A DNA stretch of 64,000 bases, taken from Chiloscyllium plagiosum (Eukaryota). The DNA is taken from the NCBI RefSeq assembly GCF_004010195.1, contig NC_057715.1:114078257-114142256 (forward strand), in the 5' to 3' direction. Both the position numbers and the translations under genes were made by a program. Positions 49,690 through 62,679 of this stretch are shown piece after piece. Positions within the stretch are counted from its first letter, which is position 1. Each line of letters starts with the position of its first letter. The notes beneath the pieces are model-generated. The model ran no database searches. It saw only the letters and a program-made list of their open reading frames with translations, and had not been told where the DNA came from.

Positions 49690-50200
49690 ATAGAAGCAAC
49701 ATGAACAGGTAGAGTCAGGCTACCACAGAACCAGGATTTTAGTTTAACTTTCAGTAGTTGTTGGAGTTTTGATGTTTGTTGTGGATGTTACTATACATCT
49801 CTCTTAGCTAGAGCAAAAGGATCAAGTTCTCTCTCTCTGACAGTTCTTTTCTCCTGGACTGGAGAAACATTGCACACGAGACCATCTAAGTTACTCAATT
49901 TACCTTTGCCAAGGGTGCATTTACAGGATATTACTATATTGGTAGTTAAATAATCTATTATTTGTTAAATTCTGCTAAATTTCCCAATTGAATTAAGTTA
50001 TTACAATTCTTTTTTCTTTTGTTTGTATTTTAACCACAGGGCAGGAATAAAAACTTGGCTTGCTTAAAGCTGCGAAATGTGACCAATTGAATTCCATTTT
50101 GAACATAGCACCTTACACGTGCCTTCTAATAAGATAAAAAAATAGGGTCTAGGCTCTCTTCTTGATATATTTGAAGGGGGTTTTGGTCTGGTCCATAACA
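49690..50200. mobile_element. Partial solo LTR (probably Gypsy-type)
   Basis: Ends ...ggtctggtccataaca (CA terminus, TGTTATGGAC on the other strand) with an internal AATAAA. The other end was not found. Confidence 0.5.
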
Positions 50201-51479
50201 CTGTATGCGGTTAGATAATGCAGCAGAATCTTGTTAGCACAGATTTGAATGCACTGCTATATTAAGGTTTTACCAGTTTCTGTCTTATTTGAACAGGAGG
50301 GGAGTATGGACAGAAGCGATGGTGCCAACTAGGTGAGCAGCTTTTCCTGATCGACTGAAACCGGAAGGAACTGCACACACTTTACTACAGCAGCAGTTTA
50401 TTCTGATCTCAATTCTGCATAGCAAACAGTCATCTGGTATGATACATGTTTAACAAACACAATCCACCCCTACTCCCCCAAAAAAATTAATTTTGTGTCA
50501 GCTCCTATAACAAAAGGAATTCATTAAAAATTTCGCTTTCTCATTCCACACCAAAATAGAATAAACTTTCCCATGTCGAGCTACTCGAGGCTTGGCCTTT
50601 CAGGAGACTGAATGTTTGCTTTAGGATGGCCTCAATGCTAAAGGGCCATTGTGTACAAAATCTGCCCTTGGGCTGAACCTGGCTAATTCATCACCTGGCA
50701 TGTTTAATTGGTAGCATACACTGTAGTCAGTCAGTTTGTTTTATACTGTAAAGGGAAGTTTGCTATAACAATTCAAGTTTTAAATTGAGGAATAGAGGAA
50801 AACATGCATTTTTGAAAAAAAAACCCAACAGGGAAAGGATGTTAAACTCAACAATTCAACCATTTAAGGAAGCAGAATCTGGAAAATTGATTTCTTTTGG
50901 ATTCTTCCACTTAAAACCAACCTTTTATAACTTAAGACAGCTTCAATATTCTGCACCATGAGTCTAAATTAGTAACTGTTTAAACTACCACACTGCGCGG
51001 CATACTGTACTGGAACGCTAAGTGCATTGCAGAACACAATGACCAAGCCCCCCAAAGAATTTGTGCTATTGACCAGACCATTATGAAATGGTCCAGCTTT
51101 TGACCCTTTTGTTTCAAGCCAATTAAGGTCAGGAATGAAATTCCTACTTTTCAGACACTCACTGCTGTCATAAGGGGATAACTATGAATGTATAATATGC
51201 TAATATGACTGTATACAGACTTTAGAAAGGTTACGTTGGCATTGCAGACTGCTCAAAATAGATTCACTTGGACTCAACTTATCAAGAACACCTATACAGG
51301 TTAGGCCTTTATCCATTCAAGTTTAGAAAAATGAGAATGAAGCATGCAAGTTTCTGATGGGGCTTGCCATGATAGATGTTGAGATGATATTTTCATCAGT
51401 AGGAGAATCAACCAGCCGGGGTGTGGATCAGCATTGAAATCATGATACCCGTTTCATAAAATCCTGCCATATTTATAAA

Positions 51480-52170
51480 AGGTCTTGAAGCCATTTCCAT
51501 AGTCACTGAGCAAAGCCAAGTGAGTGAGTGGCTTGATGTCTGGTGAGTGAAATGTTGGCTAAAATGTCACTAATGGAATGCCACAGGGTTTCGTCCTCAG
51601 ACCTCAACTACATTAATGGACTTGGAAGCAGAGATACAAGTTACTATAACCAAATTTGCATATAACACTAAAATAGGTGGTAAAGTAAGATTAGATTTCC
51701 TGCGGTAAGGATATAGGCCCTTCAGCCCAATAAGTCCACACCGACCCTCCGAAAGGTTCCCCACCCAGACCTATTCCCCGACCTTATATTTACCCCTGAC
51801 TAATGCACCTGACACTATGGGCAATTTAACATGGCCAATTCACCTGACCTGCTCTTTGCATTGTGGGAGGAAATCTGGAGCACCTGGAGAAAACCCATGC
51901 AGATACGGGGAGAACGTGCAAACTCCACACAGACAGTCACCCGAGGTGGGAATCAAACCCAGGTCCCTGGTACTGTGAGGCCAAGTTGCAATAAAGAAAT
52001 AAGAAATTTACAAATGGATACGATAGGTTAGGAGACTGGGCCAAAACATGGCAGATGGATTTAATCGGTGATAAGCAACAAGTTATCCCTTCTGGTCAGA
52101 AGAACAGAAAGACAACATTTTATCTGAACGGAGTGGTGTAGAGGGGTCTGCATATCTTCATGTATGAATC
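51480..52170 (+). mobile_element. Old CR1 RT fragment interrupted by a SINE
   Basis: NGMPQGFVLRPQL, KFAYNTKIGGKV then SCNKEIRNLQMD after the insertion. Confidence 0.75.
51688..51981 (-). mobile_element. HE1-type V-SINE
   Basis: agattagatt tail and reverse-complement V-domain ggggagaacgtgcaaactccacacagacag. Confidence 0.9.
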
Positions 52171-52179
52171 ACACAATTT

Positions 52180-53500
52180 ACAGCCATTAACATCAGACCC
52201 TGTCTTCCTGTTATTGCTACCAAAAGTGGATAACCTCAACTATCCAAATTATACTGCATCTGTCATGTATTTGCCCATTTATACAACTTGCTCAAATCAC
52301 ACTGAAGTATTTCTGTATCCTCTTCACAGCTTATCCTCCCATCCAGTTTTGTCTCATCTGCAAACGTGGAGATATTACGTTTTGTTCCCTCATCTAATTC
52401 ATTAATATGTATTGTGAATAGCTGGGGTCCATGCATTGATCCCTATGCCACTCCACCATATACCACCTGCCATTTCAAAAAAACGTCATTTATTCCAACT
52501 GTTTATTACCTGTATGCCAACCAGTTTTCTATTCACTACCCCAATCCCACACACTTCAAATTTACATATTCATCTCTTGTGGGACTCTGTCACAAGCCTT
52601 CTGAAATTCCAAATAAATCAGATCCACTAGCTCCCATTCTTCAACTTGACTAGTTACACCCTCAGAGTTCCAACAGATTTGTCAAGCATGATTTGCCTTT
52701 TCAGGTCCATGCTGTCTCTGTCCAAACCTGCCACTGTTTTACAAATGCTCAGCTATTAATTCTTTTATCATGGACTCCAGTATTTTCCTCACTACCAACA
52801 TCAGACTGACTGGCCTATAGTCCCTCCTGGTTTTTCTGTCAATCTCCCCTTTTAAATCGAAGGGTGACATTAGCTTCCACCCAGTATGAACAGACTGTGT
52901 CAGAGGCTACAGAATCTCGAAAGATGACCGTTAATTTCTATTATTTCCACGGCCACTATCGTAAGTAATCTGAGATGTAGATTATCAGGGCTTAGGGATT
53001 TAATCGGCCTTCTCTCCCATCAATTTCAACAACACCGCTGCCCTTTTAAAACTGTTTTCCTTTAGTACCTTCCTCTCTCTCCCAACATTTCTGGTATCCA
53101 ACTGATGTCCTTCTTTTTGAACACTGAACCAAAGTACATATTCATTTGGTCACCCATTTCTTTATTCATTATAGACACTGCTGTTTCTGACATTTTTCTT
53201 CAACAATCTTCCTCTCTTCATATACTTTTTAGAAACTTTTACTGTCAGTTTTTTATGTTCCTAGCAAGTTTATCTTGGACTCTATCTTCCCTTCCTTAAT
53301 CAATCCCTTTGTCTTCCTTAGATTAATTCTAAACTGTTCCCACTCCTCAGGTTAGTTGGACTTTTTTAATGGCCAATTTGTATGCCTCTTCCTTGGATCT
53401 ACTAGTATCTCAAATTTCCTTTATTAGGCAGGGTTTGGCCACCTTTCCCATTTTACTTTTGTGCCAGACAGGATTGAATTGTTGCAGTCCATTACCTTTC
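52180..53500 (-). mobile_element. CR1 ORF2 fragment, decayed (continues at about 54460-54900)
   Basis: Reverse-complement RT blocks (tcatctgcaaac = FADE, acaagccttctgaaattccaaata = YLEFQKAC, gactgactggcctatag = YRPVSL). Confidence 0.85.
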
Positions 53501-53519
53501 CACCAACAGCCCTTTAAAA

Positions 53520-54360
53520 AACGTCCCCCAACTTTCCAAAGTTTTGGAAAGAATTCTGAGGGATAGGCTGTATGACTATTTGGCAAAGCATAGCCTGATT
53601 AAAGGCAGTCAGCATGAGGGGCAGGTCACAACTCTCAAATCTTATTGAGTTCTTTGAGGAGGTGTCAAGACTAGTCAACGACTGTCGAGCAGTGGATGTG
53701 GTGTATATGGACTTCAGCAAGGCATTTGATAGGGTTCCCCATGGTAGGCTCATTCATAAAGTCAGGAAGTATGAGATACAGGGAGATTTGGCTATCTGGA
53801 TTCAGAATTGGCTGGCTGACAGAAGGCAGAGAGTGGTTGTAGATGAAAAGTATTCTACCTAGAGGCCAGTGTTGAGTGGGGTCCCGCAGGGCTCTGTTCT
53901 TGGGCCTCTGCGCATTGTAGTTTTTATAAATGACTTGGATGAGGAGGTTGAGGGATGGGTTAGTAAATTTGCAGATGACACAAAGGTTGAAGGTGTCGTC
54001 GATAGTATAGAGGGTTTCTGCAGGCTGCAGCATACCATAGACAGGATGCAGAGCTGGGCTGAGAAATGGTAGATGGAGCTCAATCTGGATAAATGCGAAG
54101 TGATGCATTTTGGAAGGTCGAACTCAAATGCTGAATATAGGATTAAAGACAGGATTCTTGGCAGTGTGGAGGAACAGAGGGATCTGGGTGTGCAAGTACA
54201 TAGATCTCTCAAAGTTGCCACCCAAGTGGATAGGGTTGTTCAGAAAGCATATGGTGTTTTGACTTTTATTAACAGGGGGATCGAGTTTAAGAGCCGTGAG
54301 TTTTGCTTCATCTCAACAAGTCCCTGGTGAGACCACACTTGGAATATTGTGTCCAGTTCT
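53520..54360 (+). mobile_element. Young CR1 reverse transcriptase fragment
   Basis: NLIEFFEEV, VDVVYMDFSKAFDRVPHGRL, SGVPQGSVLGP, SKFADDTK, LVRPHLEYCVQF; few disablements; lacks a 3' tail. Confidence 0.95.
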
Positions 54361-57300
54361 TCGCAGTTCTTCTTCATATCTTTGCAGTTTACTCTACTGA
54401 GATTCAAGATTCTCATCTCAGGATCAATGACGTCAATCTTCATCTTGATGAGGAATTAGATCACATTTTGGTTGCTCACCCCCAAGGGATGTTTCACACC
54501 CACCTATCAATCCTCGCTCATCAATTAATACCCAGTCTAGAATGACCTGTTACCTGGTTGATTTCTTAATGTATTCATCCAAAAAGCCCAGCCCCTTTAC
54601 AGTCTTAGAATTCACACTCTATTGTATTGTTTCTAATTTGACTTGCCCAATTAAAGGTTAATGTGAGCCATAAGTACAGGTGTTCCTTTATTGCACGTGC
54701 TTCAAATTTACTGTTTAATGCCATTCCCAATGTTACCTCCAGAGCTTTGGTGTCTAAAAATAATCCCCACTAGTGATTTTTGCCTCTTGATTTTTTTGCA
54801 TGTATACCCATTCACAGATTCCATATTGTTGGAGCTAATATTCTTTCTCACTATTACATAATTTCCACTTTAACCAGTATTGCAACTTCACTACTTTTTA
54901 GCCAAAACAAAAAACAAAAGAAGGCATTGAACAAAGATCACATCACAGATCATTCATCTGCCATCTTTTAGCATTCAAGACCTAAATCCATTGTGCTTCT
55001 CCTTGCCCATAGCTTTAGATTGGGTAACTTTTGGAAACAGCAATTTTCCCCTTGGATAATGGAATGACCTCTGCCTCAATCAACAGCTGCTCCAAGGTTC
55101 TGCACAAACAAGTTGCAATGGAATCCTTTCCTCACTGAGGATTGCTCCCATCACCAAATATGTAGGGGAAAAAAAACAACCCTGTTCACTTGGTCAAAAC
55201 CCATTACAAACACTGCAAGTCTGCCAGTTTTCTCCAGTGGAAATTGCCTCCAATAACATCTGAAGTCTTTCCTCATAACTAAACCTTCCCATCCAGACAT
55301 CAATTTTGTGAACGAAAGCTCTTTGTACTGTGATCCAGTATGCTCCAGGCTCAAAGTTAGAACAGAATCCCATATTGCACCAGTATGCATTTCATATTGG
55401 TGCAACTCATCTCAATTGCTATCACAGCCCTCTTCTTCAGTTCTCTTTGCAAGATAACCTAACAATAGAAATAATGAAGACTTGTGAGATGTTAGAAAGT
55501 ATCTAATATTAAACTGGTTTGAGAAATGGCTCAAAGTCATCGCACAGAACTACTTGCGGCAAGGCAATAATTGACTTTTATCCCAATGTGAGCTGTAAAG
55601 ACCAATGATGAAACCTCTGTGCTGAAGGTTGTCTGGAACCAAAACGTTAAATTCTGCTTCCTTTCCACAAAATGATGCAAGGCCTGCTGAGTTTCTTCAG
55701 CAATATCTGCTTTTGTTTCAAAAATGATGATAGGTTGTGCATTCTTAGATTTGCTCCTCATCTCTGCTGCTTTCTAGTAGTTCAACTTAGCATGAACAGA
55801 AACAAGTTGCAGCTTGGCAGTGGCAAAACTAAACCGGTCAATTTTTGTTCCTGTTAGAAACTGCATGCCCCAGTTCCAGATTTCACCATCCAATTTGGGT
55901 CTTTGATCACTGTGAACCTGATAGATGTAATCTCTGTTGTGTTTGGCCCAGACATGAGCACAGAGTACAATTCTCATCAACCATTAAAACTCCTGTTTCC
56001 ACCTTTCTAACATTGCTCAATTTTACTCTGATTTCTCCCTTGCCACAGGCGTAATTCATATCTTAAGCAGATCCCTGCCTGGCTCTTGAATCTCTCAAAA
56101 GCTTGCGACTTCTATACATGCCAAAAACTAGTACTCATAAGTGTTCTCACATTATGCAGCTCATCCATCTTTACCCTTCCAGACACTCACCTCTTTTTAG
56201 CAGTGCACAAATTATAAAATGCGGCTTCATGTTTACACATTACTTCATGCTTTCAGGATCATAGAACTGTAAGGTTATGGTACAGGAGGCTACCATTTGG
56301 CCCATTGTGTTTCTGTTGGTTAAATGATCCACCTTACTTGACATTACTTCCAATCTCCTCAAATTCTACTTTTAATCTCACTTTCGTTTTAAGTTGCTAA
56401 TTATTTTTGATGTTCCATTTCACATATATTTCTACCCCCATAAATTGCGTTGGAATCTTGAATCATAAACACTCCACAACCTATATTTGTCTTTGCAAAT
56501 AAAGTCTATTGATCTTTAAAAGGCCTCTTTAAACTTTAGCAAACTCTATCACCTCAGGAACTATCACCAATTCCTGCTCAATGTCTGATTCTCCTCAGAA
56601 TGGTTCCCAACAATTAAAAAGCAAGTTGCCACAATGATTTCAATCCACTTTTATGGATGCCATTAAAGTCACTGCCTTAAAGTATACTTCCATCCACGAC
56701 TATAAGTTACTGTTCTTGAGTAGTCCAGCAGACAGTGAAGGAACTTATTGTCAGTATTAGCTGAAATCAATACATTATGTATATGTAATTGTCAGTGGTT
56801 CATTGGCACGACAACTACACGATGTAAGATAATCCTTGAGGTTGCAATAAAAATGTCTCGAGGACTATAAACACCAGCAAGTTACAACTTGGGAGTTTCT
56901 TTACTACACTTTCCTTAAAATTAAAAAAGTTAAGTGAAAATGGGTAAAACCTTTTGGCCTTTAATGAAAAGCAAATGCTTTTGTGGCAACGAAGTGTTTA
57001 CAAAAATTATGGCATGACATTTTATGAATCCTTAGCCACATCACCTTGCTCCTCCATTATATTGCTCTGACACCTGTTACTTATTACAGGAAAGTAACAA
57101 AGAATCCTTTTGAGTGGGAAAAATGAAATATTGAGATATTTTAAACTGATTATTGAACCAGTCTTTATTTTGATGATTGCCAGGTCATTCTGCTTCCTCC
57201 ACACGAAATGCAACTCAGAACCATGTTTAGGAATAAACTTGATAGAATGTAGAATACGGCCTCCTAAATTTCAATTGATCTCCTCTTCTCCCACACTTAA

Positions 57301-57849
57301 ACCCTCTCCACAGGCAGACACGTTTTACCAGATACATTGGATTAACTTTTTTTAAAACAATAGTGCAGCCTCAACTAGAACAGCATCAAATTTTGAGTAA
57401 ACTTTAAGCAGGTTGTGAGGGATTGAGAGAGGATACAGAGAAGATCCACGAGAATTATCTCAGGGCAGATGGACTACAGTGATGTGGAGAGATCGGAGAA
57501 GAGAAGAATTGGAGAAGATTCAGAACAGATTGAATAGAAGCTTTCAAAAACCATGAGAGATCCATACACAGTAGTTAGAGAACCCATTTTCATTGGTGGA
57601 ATGTTGAAAAGTAGAGGGACAGGTGAATGGAACCAACTGAGTTGCTCTTGCTGAGTTCTGCTAAAGACAAAAGGCCAATTTGATCCTTTTTCAGCTGTAA
57701 CCATTTATCAACAATTCAAGAAAGAATGAGCTTTACATCAGACAGGGAGAAAGTGAGGACTGCAGATGCTGGAGTTCACAGCATTTCCTAGGTACTGAAG
57801 GTAAGATGCAGAATAACTGTTCCATTCCCTAACAGTGATTAATTTAATA

Positions 57850-58330
57850 AGAGATGTACATAGAAACCATTCTATCTGGGTGCACAATGGTTTGATACAG
57901 CAACTGCTCTGCCCAGGACCGTAAGAAACTACAGAAAGCTGTGCACGCAGCCTAGATCACCATGGAAGCCATCCTCTTGTCCGTGGACTCCCTTTACACT
58001 TCTTGTTGCCATAGAGGCGCTGCCAACAGCAAAGACACCTCTCATCTCAGTAATACTCCCTTCCAACTTCTTCCATCAGGCAGAAGATACAGAAGTTTAA
58101 ACAGGTCCACGAACAGCTTCTTTCCTGATGTTATTAGGTTGAAGAATGGACCTCGCTAATTTCAAGTCTAGTGTTAACCTTGCTTTTGTGCACTCCCTGT
58201 GCAGCTTGTATGCCTCACTGTCTAAACACCCCTATGATCTGCATGTCCTTATGTTATGATCTGCTTGCACTGCTCACAAAACAAAGCTTTTCACTGTACT
58301 TAGGTTCATGTCACAATTACAAATCAAATT
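57850..58330 (+). mobile_element. Rex1/Babar LINE 3' end
   Basis: PFQLLPSGRRYRSLNRSTNSFFPDVIRL motif and Rex-type 3' UTR. Confidence 0.85.
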
Positions 58331-59046
58331 AAACGGATAGACAATGACTTACTAAGCAGAAAATAAGTAGTTGTTGATTACAGAGGAATTGGTTTGGAGG
58401 AGTTACTGAGCTACTAAAATAACCATGAAGCTGAAAGATCAAACATCCTTTAAGGGAGGAAACCTGCATTCCTTACCTTGGACGTGCAGATTTAGTCCCC
58501 AAATGAAACATGAGACTCTTAACCACCCTCTAAAGAGGCCCAACAAGTCGCTATGCTTCACTTCTATTTTCTCATGGTAACTGGGCAAGTGCCAGAAGCA
58601 CAGACCTAAATAATCAGACCTCACATCCTATGATCAAATAAAACTTAGTTCAACTACCATTCATATCAGTTGTTAGTAAATTTGCACCTAGATAAATTAA
58701 TGTGCAACAAAATATTAAGATTTCCTTCATAATCACAGCTTCATAATTCCTATGGAATTAATGAGCTTACAATTTTGTTACTAGTTCGAAAAGCTTGCCC
58801 TCCTCCACAAGGCTAACAGTTTATTTGCCTTCCTTATTAACTGAATTTGGACGCCAGCTTTTTGTGATTCATGCACAAGGACCCCAAGCTTCTGTGCTGC
58901 AGCTTTCTATGGTTTTTTCCTCCATTTAAATAATACTCAGGTAATAAGCTATATTCTCCTGCTTCAAAATCTGTGGCAGAGCATTTTAAGCTCTAACTCC
59001 CTGTAGAAAGGCATTTAACGTGACCTCTTAGCTCTTAACGTGACCC

Positions 59047-59520
59047 TTTGGAGAGGGTGCAGAGAAGGTTTACAAGGATGTTGCCTGGTATGGAAGGTGC
59101 TAGCTATGAAGAGTGGTTGGGTAGGTTAGGTTTATTTTCACTAGATAAAGAGAGATCGAGGGGGGACCTGATTGAGGTTTACAAAATCATGAAGGGTATA
59201 GACAGGGTGGATAGAGACCAGCTATTTCCCAGGGTAAAGGATTCAATAATGAGCGGTCACACTTTCAAGGTGAGAGGTGGAACGTTTAAGGGGGATACAC
59301 GTGGTAAGTACTCCACACAGAGGGTGGTGGGCATTTGGAATGCGTTGCCAGCAGAGGTGGTAGAGGCAGGCATGGTAGATTCATTTAAGATGCGTCTGGA
59401 CAGATGCAGGAGTAGGTGGGGGAGCAGAAGGATACAGATGCTTAGGAATTGACCAACAGGTTTAGACAGTGCATTTGCATCGGCCGAAGGGCCTGTTCCT
59501 GGGCTGTAAATTTTCTTTGT
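59047..59520 (+). mobile_element. CR1 LINE 3' end
   Basis: ERVQRRFTRMLPGM...RGDLIEVYKIMKG...TQRVVGIWNALP. Confidence 0.95.
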
Positions 59521-60834
59521 TCTCTGATCTGGACATAGTGGTAGTATCCCTATCTCTAAGCCACAAGCTCCCACCTCAGTTCAGGTCCCAACTCATGTGA
59601 TGGTCACAAAACAGACGCCATAATATTAAACAAGTTCAGCAACATTCAGTAAACCCTCCAATACAACTCTGGCCAGTGGTAAGAACAGGAGTTACCTGAT
59701 CAGTTGGAATCATGTGGCACTTGTACCACAATCTTCCCACATTTTAAGTGTTCATGTATAGGTCCTGACCATAAGCAATCTTGACCTTGATTCTGAGTCA
59801 AAATCTACCCTAGTATGCTACTCTACTTATTTGTTTCCAAAGGGGAAACTTTGATGGAGTAAAAGCACAAATGATAATGGACATGGAGGCAGTATACTTT
59901 GTAGAAATTGTAGATTCCATGACAGACATCAGAGGTATATTCCTGTTCCTCGGATGTTGCCTGACCTGCTGTGCTTTTCCAGCACCACTCTAATTAGAGG
60001 TATATAGCCTGGTGTTAGCCATGACAGTTATCTGGTTGAGTAAATTTGGAAAATAAGGATTTGCTTCTCAATCCCAAGTTCCCAGAGCCCTTTTTGCACA
60101 AAACTTTTGCAATCACTCCATGCAGGTTTAAACTTTGAACAAGGCATTCCATCCGTGAGAGAGTCTAACAAACATTTCAAGTACTACTTGAAACCAACGT
60201 CATTGGTGGAAAATACTTCAACTTTATAAAGAAAAGCAATTTTACCAAGATGAAATAGAACCAGCTTATTGAAGAATAAACTGATTAGCAGAAATGAATT
60301 CTCTGGCTTTGAGAAGAAAGAGAGAAAATGTTCAATAGTGGGAAGAAAATCTATTTTCACATTTCACAATACTGTAACTGTCATTTCAAACTTCATCCAA
60401 CATTACAGCATGTGGTAGAATCTGCCACCAAAAAACACCTTTATGCACAGGACGGATATCTGGGAGTCATTAGTTGTCAAACAATTGACGGCAAGGTCAA
60501 GCAGTTTATAACCACCTTAACCTAAAGATCAGGTTGCAACCTTGAGGTCACTCCCTAGTATGGACTATTTACAATTATTAATGTGCATGGCTTTAATATT
60601 CTGTTTTAAATTATTTCTGCTTTTCTACTGCCTGTTACCCTTGATATGAGAATTCTTGCACATTCATAATGAGCTACTTTGGCTACATTTTTCAATAAGG
60701 GCAGTGTGAAAGTATTTATCTGGAAAGATAATGCCTCTTGCAAAGATTAGATCATTTTAGACCCATTGATAATGCTAAGATAGATTGACACATCCACTAA
60801 GGTAACACAAGAGAAAACAACTTGGCTCTTAATT

Positions 60835-61100
60835 TTGGATAAGATGTTAAACCAATGCCCTGTCTGTTCTGTCATGTGGATTATAATATGCCATGGCACT
60901 GCATTGTAAAAGAAGAGGGGCAATTCCCCCATTTCCTGGTCAATATTAATTCCTCAATCAACACTGCAAAAATCTCATCATTAGTATTTTTTCACATGCA
61001 GGATTTTGGTTGTGTGCAAATTTGATGGCACACTTCTTCCATCACAACAGTACACCACTGGCTTGGAGAACTTTGGGACGCCCTGTGATTATGAGTGTAC
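60835..61100 (+). mobile_element. Deu-domain SINE (SacSINE1-like)
   Basis: ttttggataagatgttaaacc...ccatggcact...cctggtcaatattaattcctcaa...ctttgggacgccctg...ctatataaacgcaa. Confidence 0.7.
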
Positions 61101-62181
61101 TATATAAACGCAACTCTTCACCAAAAATCCAATTTGTGTATTTAACTGAAAGAGACTGAATTTAATTGGGGAAGTGTTAATGTTTCAGATACTGGAAGGT
61201 GAATAACAATTTCCTGACATTTTCCCAACCAAGTCAAAATTCAGTTGCTAACATTAAAACGAAAAGACTGACCTTAAATCAAATTATTTATGCTTGGTGC
61301 AGCAACTTGCTTCTTAACACTACACAATTTTATAACTCTGTAAAATAAATGACTGTGTTGTGAATTTGGCCACACGTGCCAAACATGTATAATATTAGGC
61401 ATCTTGCTTTTGGGTCTATAAAAACATTTATCTTCAATACAAAAGTCTAATAAAATCTTTTATAATCCAGAGCACAATATTAACTGGCATCAGCTGTTCT
61501 CAATCTTGTAGGAAACATGTGTTTTGCATCCTCATTGCTGACTTGGGCTGATCTCATAAATATGGCAGCAATATGCAGAATACACGACCCTGTTGGTTTC
61601 TAAAACAAAGTAGCTTTCTTTTCCAGCGATCAGTTTTTACAGGTGTACACCTATCTTGAGCCCAACACAGGAGTATAAAGACATGAGGAAGGAATTATGA
61701 TAAAAATAACAGAGACCTAAGATTGATCACAATGAGTTTTGATCCATGCGGAATCAGGGATAGATATTTGTATGTTTACAAGCTGTAGTCTAAGAGGCCC
61801 ACGTAAGTTGAATAATGGATGCCACAAAGTGTTGTGCAGTAAGCTCATTGAGAAGTTCACATGATTTGTATATAGAATTTTGAGTAAATAGCTGTGATTA
61901 ATTTAAGGAAGAAAAAAGCACCATGAGCAAAAAGCCATTTGGTCCGTCAATTTTATTTCTATTACTACCTGTTTATCATTTATAATATCCTAGACTCTAA
62001 TGAACACATTTAATACTCTGATCAAAAGTTCTGCAAGACTGAGAAAGGCAGTCAAACTAAACTCCAGGACAGTCAGTACACCAAGGTAAATGCTGCAAAA
62101 GCTAGAAGTTGGAAATAAAAAATGGAAAATACTAGAAATGCAGACTTTGCCGAGAGATATTTTAACATTCAGAGACGATGT

Positions 62182-62399
62182 GGAGATGCTGGTGTTGGAC
62201 TGGGTTGGACCAAGTCAGACGTCACACAGCATCACATTGTAGTCAAACAGGTTTATTTGAAATCACAAGCTTTCGTAGCGCTGCTCCCTTGTCAGGTGAA
62301 GAGATGCCAGGTCATCTGATGAAGGAGCAGCACTCCTAAAGTTTGCGATTTCAAATAAACCTGGTGGACAATAACCTGGTGTCATATGACTTCTGACTT
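62182..62399. mobile_element. Fold-back Penelope-type element, family C
   Basis: Arms at about 62212-62299 and 62312-62399. Imperfect TSD ttcagagacgatg / ttcaggaacgatg. Central CTGATGAaggagcagcactcc. Confidence 0.85.
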
Positions 62400-62580
62400 C
62401 AGGAACGATGAAAGAGCACAGACAATGTCAGGCTTGTCCAGAATCTGCAAGTTTCACAGCAAAGGCAGGGAATGCAAGAAAGAAAACTGCTCATCTTAAA
62501 TTAATTCTTCTTCAAGGACAGACTAAGTCAATTCCTAAGTCTTACAGAACTTTTGATCAGAGTATTAAATGTATTCATTA

Positions 62581-62618
62581 GAGTCCTGATGAAGGGCTTT
62601 TGCCCGAAACGTCGATTT
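62581..62618 (+). ncRNA. Minimal type I hammerhead ribozyme motif (intact core)
   Basis: GAGUC-CUGAUGA-A-GGGC(UUUU)GCCC-GAAA-CG-UC/GAUUU: core boxes intact, 4-bp stem II, palindromic ACGU in place of stem III, 5-bp stem I with two G-U pairs. Predicted cut after C62613. Activity untested. Confidence 0.65.
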
Positions 62619-62679
62619 TACTGCTCCTCGGATGCTGCCTGAACTGCTGTGCTTTTCCAGCACCACTCTAATCCAGAAA
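62586..62679 (+). mobile_element. Short Penelope-type element, family A, young
   Basis: CpG-intact copy of the family A sequence, bracketed with extra 5' DNA by taagtcaatt repeats. Confidence 0.85.
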
